Shown: piece by piece, positions 48,333 through 58,800 of the stretch
Layout: each line of letters opens with the position of its first letter
Numbering within the stretch: position 1 is the first letter of the stretch
From: an uncultured Eubacteriales bacterium
Lineage (GTDB): Bacteria > Bacillota > Clostridia > Christensenellales > UBA1242
Direction of reading: 5' to 3'
DNA: 64,000 bases
Assembly: GCA_900551855.1 (NCBI GenBank)
Contig: URXM01000002.1
Coordinates: 192,828-256,827, forward strand
Notes under the pieces: generated by a model
The model's database searches: none
What the model saw: the letters and a program-made list of their open reading frames with translations, nothing else
Told to the model about the DNA's origin: nothing
Made by a program: the position numbers and the translations under genes

Positions 48333-48382
48333 AGTCCGTAGTTATACTATATATAGACTATTTAAATAGGAGATTTTACTTT

Positions 48383-51300
48383 ATGAAAGTTAAAAGACAA
48401 AATCATACAGTTGTATTTAGAGGATTGGTGCTTGTTGTAGCTTTTGCACTTGCAGTTCTTTGTATGCCTTTTAATGGCTTGGTTGCTTTGGCTCAAATGT
48501 CACAATACACTGACTATTCTTATATGACAATAGGTAAAGTTGATGAAGAAGTTTCAACTTCTGTCGTAAAGGGTAGCACATATTATATCCCAAATGCTTA
48601 CATTGGTGGAAGCAATAACTTTATTGTTGGAAAAACTCAAGACGGAGAACTTGAAAGCAATGTAACTTTGCAATCTTCAAAAGTTACTGTTCGTTATAGT
48701 TCTTTGGATTTGACAGAAATCAACAGCAGTGAAGTAACTTCAGGAGAAACTGATATTACAAACAAAGTTGTTGTGACAACAGATGAAAACAACTATGGAT
48801 ATTTTGTTGCAAGCAAAGTTGGAACATACACTGTAACATATTCTTACACTTATGAAGATACAAGCACAGGAAAATCATATACCAACTCTTACGAACTTAA
48901 AGTTGATAGTGAAATTTCAAGTGCTACAATAAGTTTTGACAGCAACGAACAAAACTTTATTCCAAGCGTAATTGATCTTGCTCTTGCAAAAGACGGAGAT
49001 AGTTATAAAAACTTGAACCTTCCATTGCCTTCAATTACTGATGAAGACGGTGAAGAAGTTGAAGATGTAAACTATGTCACAAGCAAAGATGCTGTTGGAG
49101 AAGAAGGAAGTTATGTTCTTATCTCTGTTACAGGTGGGGTTAATTCTCAAAATGTAACTGTTTCAGGTGAAGCAGGAAATTACTATATCGATGGTAGCGT
49201 TTTTGCAGATACTCAATTTGGTGCTGGAAAATATACAGTAAAATATGCATACTATCTTGATGGACAATTTGTCACATCTACAACAAAATCTACTCAAGTT
49301 TATTCAGAAGAAAACAAATATTATACAGATTACAAACTTCAACTTGAACTTGCTTCTGACTGGTCAGACAATGGACAAACTGGTGTTGAAAGCACATTGC
49401 CTGCAGCAACTGGTGTAACATCTAAAGATTCAAAACCAGCAAGTGAAAAAGTTGATGTTTACTACACAGTAAAAGCTTATTACAGCTCAACAAGTTCTTC
49501 AAAGGGATATGAACTTATCTCTGCAGAAGAATACAATCAAGACCTTAATGGAAATGAAGAAATCGACGAAGATGAAAAAGTTGTAAATGAAGATGGAACA
49601 TTGGTTAACCCATCAGCATTTAAACCTTTGAAAGATGGTTGGTATACATTTGAATATACTATTACAGACTTCTATGGAAACACAGTTTCTTCAACAAAAG
49701 GTGTTTACGAATTTGAAAACATTAAAGATGAAAAGAAACCTACTCCAATTGTTTATGATGCTTCTGTAAAAGATGAAGACAAGAAATATGAAGATGCATC
49801 TTACAAGCTTCAAAGTCGTGCTATTCCAAACAGCGTTGTTGTTTATGCTATTGGAATTGATGACAATGTATCAAAAGCTGGAGATGAGGGCGTTGTTCTT
49901 ACTCGTAAGATTATGACAGATGATACTGTTGCAAAACTTACAATCACAGACTACGCAGAATATAACTTGGTATTCAATTATAGAAATACTACTTCAAACA
50001 AAGCTTATACAAACTTGTTGACAAACAACTACCTTATCAGAAAACAAGCTGGAGAAATCAGCAGTGATGTTGAAATGCTCAACTGGCTTAAAGATAATGG
50101 ATATTTGATTGTTGTTGACAATGCAAACTATAAAACAATTTACGAAATCTTCAATGCAGAAAACTACTTTGAAGGTAAAACAGTAAACGAATCAGCTATT
50201 GATTCTGCCGATAAGGCTCTTGAATGGTTTAAGAGTGCAGAAGCTGTTACCGCAGGTTTCGCTTACATTGATGTAAATGAAACATTTGGTGCTACAACAT
50301 CAGAAAACGGAATGGGCTCTGGACAATACTACATTCACTACATCGCAAAAGATGCAGCAGGAAATGAAACAGATATAACAAAATCTATGTATGTTGGTTC
50401 TTATGAAGACAATGATGTTCCTACAATTAAGTTTGGAACAACTCTTGCAGATTCATATTTGCCAAATGCAAAAGTGACATTTGATGTTCCTACAGCTACA
50501 GACAACTATGATACAAATATGTTGGTTAAGACAATGTATCGTTATTTTGACAGCGAAGGAAATGTAATTCAAGTTAATGACAAAGACAGCAATGTTCTTT
50601 CAAACAATGACTTGGACGAACTTTGGGCTGATATTGCAAATGTTAGAGTTGACGGAAAATTGTTGACAGAAACATATGCAAAATATCATAACTCTACTTC
50701 AGAAGCTAATGATGGATATATTGATTTGACAGACGCAAGTGCATCTTCTTATTCAATAGATTTGTCAGAAGCTGGCGATAAAGCAGTAACTCTTCAAATA
50801 GTTTCTTACACATATGATGATAAAGGAAATGCAAACATCTATGGTGAAACAATAAATATTTCTAACACAGTTGACAATGCTCCTCCTCAATTTAAAGAAG
50901 GAGATATTAACACAGCAGATGGATCTTTTGTTTCAGAATATGAACAAGGACAAGAAATTGAACTTCCTACAATGACAGTTTTGGATGATGCAGTTTCATT
51001 TATGAGTTTTGAAGTTAATGTATATTACATCAACGGAGACACTCAAACAAAGGTTGCAACATATGACTATTCATCAGAAAGAGATATCTTATCTCAAAGT
51101 GGTGCAGGGAAATATACTGTTCATGCTGGAAAATTTGTTGCTTCATTTGCAGGAGAATATAGAGCAAGCATTGCAGTTAAAGATAGCAATAACAAAACTG
51201 TAGTTGCATTTGTAAACTATGATGTTAAAGCTAGATCAATCATTCAACCACCAGTTATCAGCACTTCTCTTGAAAGCAAGACTGTAGAACTTGATGGTGA

Positions 51301-52657
51301 CACAAACTATGATCCAGAAACAGGTATTGAAATACCTACTCCATCAGTAAGTTATCAAATTCCAAACAGTGTAACTTATGATGTTTATGCTGGAAATGAA
51401 GAAGATTATGCAGATGTTGATGCTGTTGTTATGGGCGTAAACGAAAACGGAAAAGCTACAAACTGGAGCACAACATACGGACAACAAAATTCATTTAAAC
51501 CAAATGCAGTTGGCGAATATCCAATTGCCTATACAGTAAATCTTACAGTTTATAACCCAAAGACATTCACATATCAAGAAATGGCTTGGGATGCTGGATC
51601 AAATTCTTACAAAGGTGGATTCTTCAATTATCAAAACCCAACAAATTCTAATAAAGCAGAAGTTGTTTTGAATAAAGATGGTTCTTATGTAGTTAACGAA
51701 ACTGGCACAAAATATACAGTTGTTAAAGATGAAGATGGTTCAGTAAAAGTTTACAACTATGATGACAATAGCATAACAATTGACGATTTCTATGGTACTG
51801 TATTTGAAGATGTAGATCTTGAAGAATGGTGCAATGATCTTGTAAATTATAATTTGACAAGTGATGTTTATACAATTATTGTTCAAGATACAGTTGGTCC
51901 AGAAATTACAGAATATGATTATGTTGATACAATTTCTACAGAAGATATTTCTGCAACAGATGGATACAATTTGAAGATTTATGGAATTGAAGCTACTGAC
52001 AAGAGTGGAATCAATGCTGATAAATCAAAGATTGTTTTGTCTTGGAAATTGGCTAATGGTGATACAGGTTCTCAAACATTCAATAAACAAATGGAAGACA
52101 CTTCTTATACAATTAAATCAAGTACAGGAAATGTATTAGACGGAACTTATACAATCACATATACAGTTTATGACAACAACAATAACTACACAACAAAAGC
52201 TTACACAATTGCAGTTGGAGACAATGTAGAACCAACTTTGACATTTGCAGATGATTTTGTTAAAGATAGTTATGAAATCGGTTCTGAACTTACAATTGAC
52301 CCAAGCAAGATTACTTTCACAGATAATAAGGCGTTCCCAGAAGGAACAAAACCTACAATTTCTCTTTTGAATACTTCTACAAGCAAAGAAGTTGAATACA
52401 AACTTGTTGGTGGAATGTATGTATTCGATTTGGACAAAATTGGAACTTATACTTTGACAGTTGAAGTATCTGATGCAGTTGGAAACACAGCAACAGAAAC
52501 ATTCAGCATCGAAGTTACAGCAAGAACTACAGATACAGTTGCTGTTTATAAGATTATCGGAACAATTTTGATTGTGATCTCTGTTCTTGTTCTTGTAGGC
52601 GTAATTGTTTACTTCATTGTTTCAAAAGTAAAACTTGATAAAGAACTTAAGAAATAA
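48383..52657 (+). CDS. large (1,424 aa) surface protein of repeated Ig-like modules, with a signal peptide and a C-terminal TM tail anchor
   Basis: The signal peptide is MKVKRQNHTVVFRGLVLVVAFALAVLCMPFNGLVALAQ. Modules end in a G-x-Y-x-(I/V)-x-Y...D-x-x-G-N signature: GTYTVTYSYTYED, GWYTFEYTITDFYGN, GQYYIHYIAKDAAGN, GTYTITYTVYDNNNN, GTYTLTVEVSDAVGN. Most module starts read D-x-x-x-P (DNDVPTI, DNAPPQF, DTVGPEI, DNVEPTL). The C-terminus is YKIIGTILIVISVLVLVGVIVYFIVSKVKLDKELKK. Confidence 0.9.
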   Translation: MKVKRQNHTVVFRGLVLVVAFALAVLCMPFNGLVALAQMSQYTDYSYMTIGKVDEEVSTSVVKGSTYYIPNAYIGGSNNFIVGKTQDGELESNVTLQSSKVTVRYSSLDLTEINSSEVTSGETDITNKVVVTTDENNYGYFVASKVGTYTVTYSYTYEDTSTGKSYTNSYELKVDSEISSATISFDSNEQNFIPSVIDLALAKDGDSYKNLNLPLPSITDEDGEEVEDVNYVTSKDAVGEEGSYVLISVTGGVNSQNVTVSGEAGNYYIDGSVFADTQFGAGKYTVKYAYYLDGQFVTSTTKSTQVYSEENKYYTDYKLQLELASDWSDNGQTGVESTLPAATGVTSKDSKPASEKVDVYYTVKAYYSSTSSSKGYELISAEEYNQDLNGNEEIDEDEKVVNEDGTLVNPSAFKPLKDGWYTFEYTITDFYGNTVSSTKGVYEFENIKDEKKPTPIVYDASVKDEDKKYEDASYKLQSRAIPNSVVVYAIGIDDNVSKAGDEGVVLTRKIMTDDTVAKLTITDYAEYNLVFNYRNTTSNKAYTNLLTNNYLIRKQAGEISSDVEMLNWLKDNGYLIVVDNANYKTIYEIFNAENYFEGKTVNESAIDSADKALEWFKSAEAVTAGFAYIDVNETFGATTSENGMGSGQYYIHYIAKDAAGNETDITKSMYVGSYEDNDVPTIKFGTTLADSYLPNAKVTFDVPTATDNYDTNMLVKTMYRYFDSEGNVIQVNDKDSNVLSNNDLDELWADIANVRVDGKLLTETYAKYHNSTSEANDGYIDLTDASASSYSIDLSEAGDKAVTLQIVSYTYDDKGNANIYGETINISNTVDNAPPQFKEGDINTADGSFVSEYEQGQEIELPTMTVLDDAVSFMSFEVNVYYINGDTQTKVATYDYSSERDILSQSGAGKYTVHAGKFVASFAGEYRASIAVKDSNNKTVVAFVNYDVKARSIIQPPVISTSLESKTVELDGDTNYDPETGIEIPTPSVSYQIPNSVTYDVYAGNEEDYADVDAVVMGVNENGKATNWSTTYGQQNSFKPNAVGEYPIAYTVNLTVYNPKTFTYQEMAWDAGSNSYKGGFFNYQNPTNSNKAEVVLNKDGSYVVNETGTKYTVVKDEDGSVKVYNYDDNSITIDDFYGTVFEDVDLEEWCNDLVNYNLTSDVYTIIVQDTVGPEITEYDYVDTISTEDISATDGYNLKIYGIEATDKSGINADKSKIVLSWKLANGDTGSQTFNKQMEDTSYTIKSSTGNVLDGTYTITYTVYDNNNNYTTKAYTIAVGDNVEPTLTFADDFVKDSYEIGSELTIDPSKITFTDNKAFPEGTKPTISLLNTSTSKEVEYKLVGGMYVFDLDKIGTYTLTVEVSDAVGNTATETFSIEVTARTTDTVAVYKIIGTILIVISVLVLVGVIVYFIVSKVKLDKELKK

Positions 52658-52667
52658 TATTAAAAAA

Positions 52668-52697
52668 AAAGACTGAAAAATATCAGTCTTTTTTTAT
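52668..52697 (+). terminator. intrinsic terminator of the 1,424-aa gene
   Basis: aaagactga-aaaata-tcagtcttt followed by a T-run. Confidence 0.65.
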
Positions 52698-52831
52698 TGT
52701 ATTAAACATGATTAAAAGTGGTGTATTTTATCATAAATTTATGTTTAACAGCATTGATTTCACATCTTGATAAATTGTGTGTAAAATATGGAAAGTGGCT
52801 TAAAACGGCAAATAACGGGCGATAGGAGCAT

Positions 52832-52861
52832 AAAAAAGAAGGCATCTGATTGATGTCTTCT
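52832..52861 (-). terminator. intrinsic terminator of the 2,870-aa gene (minus strand)
   Basis: On the minus strand, agaagacatc-aatca-gatgccttct (9 of 10 bp) is followed by tttttt. Confidence 0.55.
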
Positions 52862-52868
52862 TTTTCTT

Positions 52869-55800
52869 TTACTTAACAGCAATTCTCTTTCTCAATTTAA
52901 TAATTATGATTATTACAACTATTGCAACAATTACTGAAATTACAATTGCTATAATTGCTGCGGCATTGAGAGGATCATTCTTAACAACTTTATAACTGAA
53001 TAACAAGTTTCCACTTGGAGAGAGTATTTGAACATAATATGTTCCTGCAGAATCAATTGTTGCAGTTGTTTCTCCAGTGCTTAAACTATTGATATCCAAA
53101 CTGTAATATAAGTAGTTTTTGTTGTCAATTTCTTTTATGATTCTTAATGTGCTTTCTCCCATTTCGCTGTAGATGTTTGCTTGGTTGAAAGTTACTGTAA
53201 TATTGCTTGTTGTTTCTGCTCCTTCAGCAATAGATATTTTTATTGGTGCAGTTCCATTTTGAATGTTTACTTGATATGTCCAGCTTGTAATTGCTGATGA
53301 ACCTTTAAACAACTTGTCGTTTGAATTGATTGTTATCATGTATGTGCCTATTCCAGTTTTTTCATCAAGATATGACAATGGAAGTTCTGTCATATATGTT
53401 TTTTGATCAACTGTTATTGTTGAAACATCCAATGTTCTCAACAAGTCTTCTGTTATATCAATTCCGTCTTTAATTACTTTTTCAACATAATAATTTGAAT
53501 ATCTGTTGTAAACATAAGAATATCTATATTCGTTTGGATTTAAAATAGTAAATTGATATTTCTCTTGTCTAATCTTTCCAACATCTGGCAAATTGCTTGT
53601 TGCTGTAAATGAAATTTCGTAATAACCAGGTTCTTCAAACAGATAGGTTGTGTCATCTTGGAAGTATTCTGTATATTCAACACCATCTTTTGTCACGCTT
53701 ATTACTGGATAACCATCAAGAGAATAGAATTCTGAACGGGTGCTCTTGTCAATATTTACAGAAACTTTTCCATTGTATATTGCTTGTTTGATTGGGAGAG
53801 ATGTTTCTTCTTCGTTTGTCACTGGGTTTGTATATGTGATTGTGAATGGAACATCTTTAAGGAATATAAATGTCAATGCTTCTGTTTGACCAGCGTTGCC
53901 TCTGTTAAACTTTTGAACATTTCCTGCATTGTCATATAATGAGATTGAATATTTGCCTGAATGGGTTAAGTAAACGTAATTGTATTCTTTTCCATTTGTT
54001 TTTCTTGTATATACCACAGGGTTCAATTCTATGCCGTCTTTTACAAGTCTGATGTTGATTTCGTTTTGTGATATACCATAATATTTTGACCATTGAAGTT
54101 CAATTCTGTTGATTGAAGAATAGTCTTCTGATATTACGATGCTCTTTGATGTAGCATTTACAAGATTTTCTGTTGTATCAATAATTCCATTCATGTTGTA
54201 TGTATAAAACTCTTCAACAAAATTGTCTGAACTTGGAATGTAGGTTATAACAATCTTTATATTGAATGGAGGAATGTTTCCTAAGTTTCCGCTTGTTGTG
54301 TTTGAAATTATCCAAAGTTCTGAAGTTACTGTTGAACTATCTACAAACACATCTGCCAAGGTTGCTGTTATTTCTTGTTCTTTATTTGTCTTTATTTGAA
54401 CAAGGTCTTTGTCTGTGTAGCTTAAATTTACGATATAGTGATTTGCATATTGTTTGCCGTCGCTTGCTGTGTAGATTGTATCACTCTTATCAACAACTGA
54501 TGTGACACCGTTTATAGTTTTTTCGATCCAATATGTTGATTTTAATGATGATAAGTTAAATTCAAATATTTGATTATATTGGCCACTGTCTGGGACATAT
54601 CCAAATACATATTCAGGTGTGCCCATTTCGTTTTTCAAATAAGTTTCATCATACCAAATCTTGAGATAATATTTTTTCATATCATCTGATTGACATTGCA
54701 ATCTTGTACCAGATGTGATTTCTGTCCAATTGACTTTGTCGGTACTGATTGAATATTTGATTGGAATGAATGTTTCTTTTTGTGAATAAATCACTCTGAT
54801 TTCTGAGAAGTATCCTGTTTCATCATTTACAAGATTGTCAATTATACTTCTTGTTATGTTGTTTCCATTTGCATCAAGTATTTTGAATTGTCCAGGCTGA
54901 TTGTTTTCATTTGTATCATTTACTTGTGGCAATTCGTTGTATAATGTGAAGTAAATTGTTTTTACAAGGTTTGTAGTTGGATCATTGTTGTTGAAATCTC
55001 TTACTAACAACGCAAAACTGTCATTGTAAACACCTGTATCATTGTTTGTTTTAACAAGGATTGTAGAAACACCTTGACTGTTTTGGGAGGTGGTTGTTGT
55101 GGCTTTTGTGAGTTCTTCTGAGATCTCTCCATCTACCAAATCGAACACTTCAACTGTGTATTTGCTTGGGTTATAGTTGTATTTTAACCCATCTTTTGTG
55201 ATGTAATACAATCTTCCACCATTTGTATCATAATAAGAGTACAAGTCTTGTTCTGAAGAAACTTCTTGTGTGATCAATGTTTCTTTATACAAATGGATTT
55301 CTTTATATGTTGTGCCATAATTGTCTGTGTATTCATATTCGATTCTTGTGTTAGTGACAAATCCTAAATTTGGATTGATTTCAAAAGTAATTGTTCCAAG
55401 AGTGTTGTCTGTTGTCACAATGATATTTGAAGTTGATTGCCATAAACTTGAGAACCCTAATTTGTTTGTTTGAGAATAAATCAATTCGTTGTTTGCCTTG
55501 ATTGAAAGTGAAGTCAAGAATGTTGAACCATAAGCTGAGCTTTGAATTGATTGATCAGTAGGTTGTGTAAATCTGATGTATTCTCTGTTTTGATCATTTG
55601 TTAGAGATGCTGTCAAACTTGTATTTCTGATATTGATATAGAAGTTTGTTGTAGATCTATTTTCTCTGTTGTAAACGCTTAAACAATTTTTATATCTCGA
55701 ACTTACACTGCCGTCAATAAGATCAGAGATTGCAATTTTTGTGTAAGTTTGTCCAACAAATGCGTAAGCATAATCTTTATCCCAAGGAGTCAACATCAAA

Positions 55801-58800
55801 TATTTTGTTGTAGTAAATCCATTTGAATTTACGGTGCTCAATTTTATTTGTGCCCATGCATCTCCAAAGAAGTTAAGATTGTTTAATGTAAATCCAGTCT
55901 TTGCATAAATGTTGTGTGTTGCATTTGTGTAAGATTGTGTCAACAAATAATCATCAATTGTGTAAGAATGTTCGATTCCGTCTGCATCTGTGTAGGTGAT
56001 TAACTTGTTGTAATCGCTACCTTCTGTGCTGTCTGGAACATAACTTGTGATGTAAATTGTGTAGATTGTCATGTTTCCAGCAAGATCAGTTTCAATAATT
56101 TCGTAATAAGTGTTTGGATTAAATTCTGTTACTGTTTCAAGATCTGTGAAGTTTGATGCCAAGAAATCTGTTGGTGCAGTTTCTTGTTCGGCATCTGTTG
56201 TGTATTTTGTATTGTTTCCTTGAGTGTCAACAAATGCTCTGATATATGTTTTGTAAACATCTCCAGAAAGAGAATTTTTCAATGTTTGCAAATATGAGTT
56301 TGCAACACTGTATGAGTAATAAGCAAATGTTCCTGTATTGTTGCTTATATTGTAGCTTGTTGTAGAAAGATCGCTGGTTTGTTCCATTTCTGCGGTGTAA
56401 TATGTTCTAAGTGATGTTGTAGACAATGTAGCAATCATATTTCCAGCAGTTGAATTGTTTACCAAGTTTTGAATGTTTGTGCTTGGTGCAGAAAGGTCAA
56501 CATAAATTCTTTTTGTCACTTTTGAATAGAATCTTGAGTCGTGATTTTTGAATTGCATTGTTATGTCAACATAGCCATTGTTTTCATAAACATTCAATTT
56601 CTTAAGGTCAAGTTGAGCAATGTATGTGTTGTTTGAAAGGGTAGGTTGTTGTGCAAATACATCATCAGTTGCTCTAAATGTTTGACCCTTGCTTGTTTTA
56701 AATATCATTTCATCAATATCTATCTCTGCCATATAGGTGCTTCCAGCATCCCAAATTAAACTTACATTTGATTGATTTGTATAATAAGTCATGCTTGGCT
56801 TTGTTTCATCTGTAGGTGCAGGAGAGGTGATTACTGAATTTAATGAAGAACCAGTTGTTGATTGAACTACAAAATCAGGATTAGATTCTTTTACTTCAAA
56901 ACTGAAAGTCAATGATTGTTGATAATTGTTATCTCCAACTTCTGTTCCAAACCTGCCTTGATAAATTGTTACATAATATGTTCCTTCTTCAGAGATATAG
57001 TCTAGTTTTGTGCCGTCGCTATATCTATAGAAGTTCAAGAATCCAGATCCATCAGAAACAATTGTGTTAAGAGTTGGATTTTTTGTGTTTGTAGAAGTTA
57101 CTGCAATTAAGTTTGATACATCTGTGTCATCTTTATAAATTTCGGCATATAATGCATATTCCTTTATAAGATTGTCTGAATAATAGTAATTGTCATTGTC
57201 AACTTTCTTATAAGAAGAATTGTTTACATAATAAGTTCCGCCATTGTAATTTACTTGAGTGCTTGTTGTGCCAATTTGAGCAACATCCAATGTTGTGTTT
57301 GTAGGTAAAATTGTTGTTGTGGCCGTGCTCAATTTTTCGTCAGAATAAAGAGTAGTATTGGTTGATGTAATGTAATAAGAACTATAATTTACTTCAAAGT
57401 CATAATTGTCTATTGCAGAGATTGGCATGTAGTAAATGGCATTTTCAAACAAAACTTTTGCATAAGTTTCTGTAGCAGATAAAATTGTGACTTTTGTTTT
57501 TGGTTGAATTGTTTTGTTGGCTTCAATAGAAAGAGCTTCATCAGTGTAAAGTTTTGTAGCAAAGTTTAAAGTTGTTGTCTTGTTTGCGTAAGTTGTGTAT
57601 TTATATTGTGGCACATATACATAAACAGGGAGCAAGTTTGTTGTCAAAACAGAACGAACTGTGCCGTTGTTGTAAATTGAAGAACCATTTGTGTTCCCTT
57701 CTGCACTGTTTGGGAAGGTCACAACAAGGCTGGCATTTGTTCCGTTGTCATACATTGACACAAACACATCTCCACCAACCAAGCTTTCAAGATGAGAACC
57801 AGATTCATCGTTTACAAGTTCGGCATTTGAAACAACTTCATTTCTGTCCACATAGAAGACATAAGTTCTTTGATAGAAGTCGTTCTCATTGTAAGAATAA
57901 CCTTCATCTGTGTAATATGTTCTTATAATTTCATATTTACCAGCAGTAGTGATGTTTTCTGAGTTCAATCTTATCTCATCTTGTTTTATAGTCGTTTGAG
58001 CTCCGTTTTCTTGGAAGTTATAAACATTGATTTCTGTCACATTGTCAGACAAAGTGTAATAATGATATGTTATATCTCCAACAGTAATTGTGTTTTCTAC
58101 ATATGGATAATATCTTATTATTACGCTGTCTACCTGGATCAACATATCTTCATTTGTGATTGTTGGGAGGAAGGACAATGTAAATGCTTTACTCATTTTT
58201 GTAGGGTTGAGATAAGTTGTTTTTGTTTTTCTTTGTTCTGATGTTGAAGTGTCGGATATTGTTCCTTCTACAACATTGTTTGATGTGATAACTTCTGTTT
58301 CGCCATCACTGTTTGTAAATTGTATGAAGAATTCCGATGAGTCAAAACTGATTATGATTGTTTGTCTAGCAGAATAGTAGTTTGTGTATTGTGTTATGTA
58401 AGTGTCATCGTAAGCCAAATCTTTTTTGGTATTTGACATATCTCTTATCAAAACACGATAGGTGTTTTCTTCATTTACAGTTATTGCTTGAGAATAAATT
58501 CCTGTTTGTGCGGTGTAGTCTGGATGGTCATTATCTATATAATATGATACTTCATTGATTGGTATTGTTATATACATTCCAGTATAACTGCTTATATAAC
58601 TTGAGACGCCATCAGTTGAAGGGGAAACAGAAACTCCGTAAGTCAAAGACTGCATATAATTTTTAGCGAACAATTTGTTGTACATTACTTTAAAGATGTC
58701 TGTGCTTGGTGTTTTTCCGTCGTAAGTTAGATAAAAATCATAATAATTTGTTCCGTCGTATTTCAAGTCATTTTCTGTGACATTGTCAGCATTGATTGTT

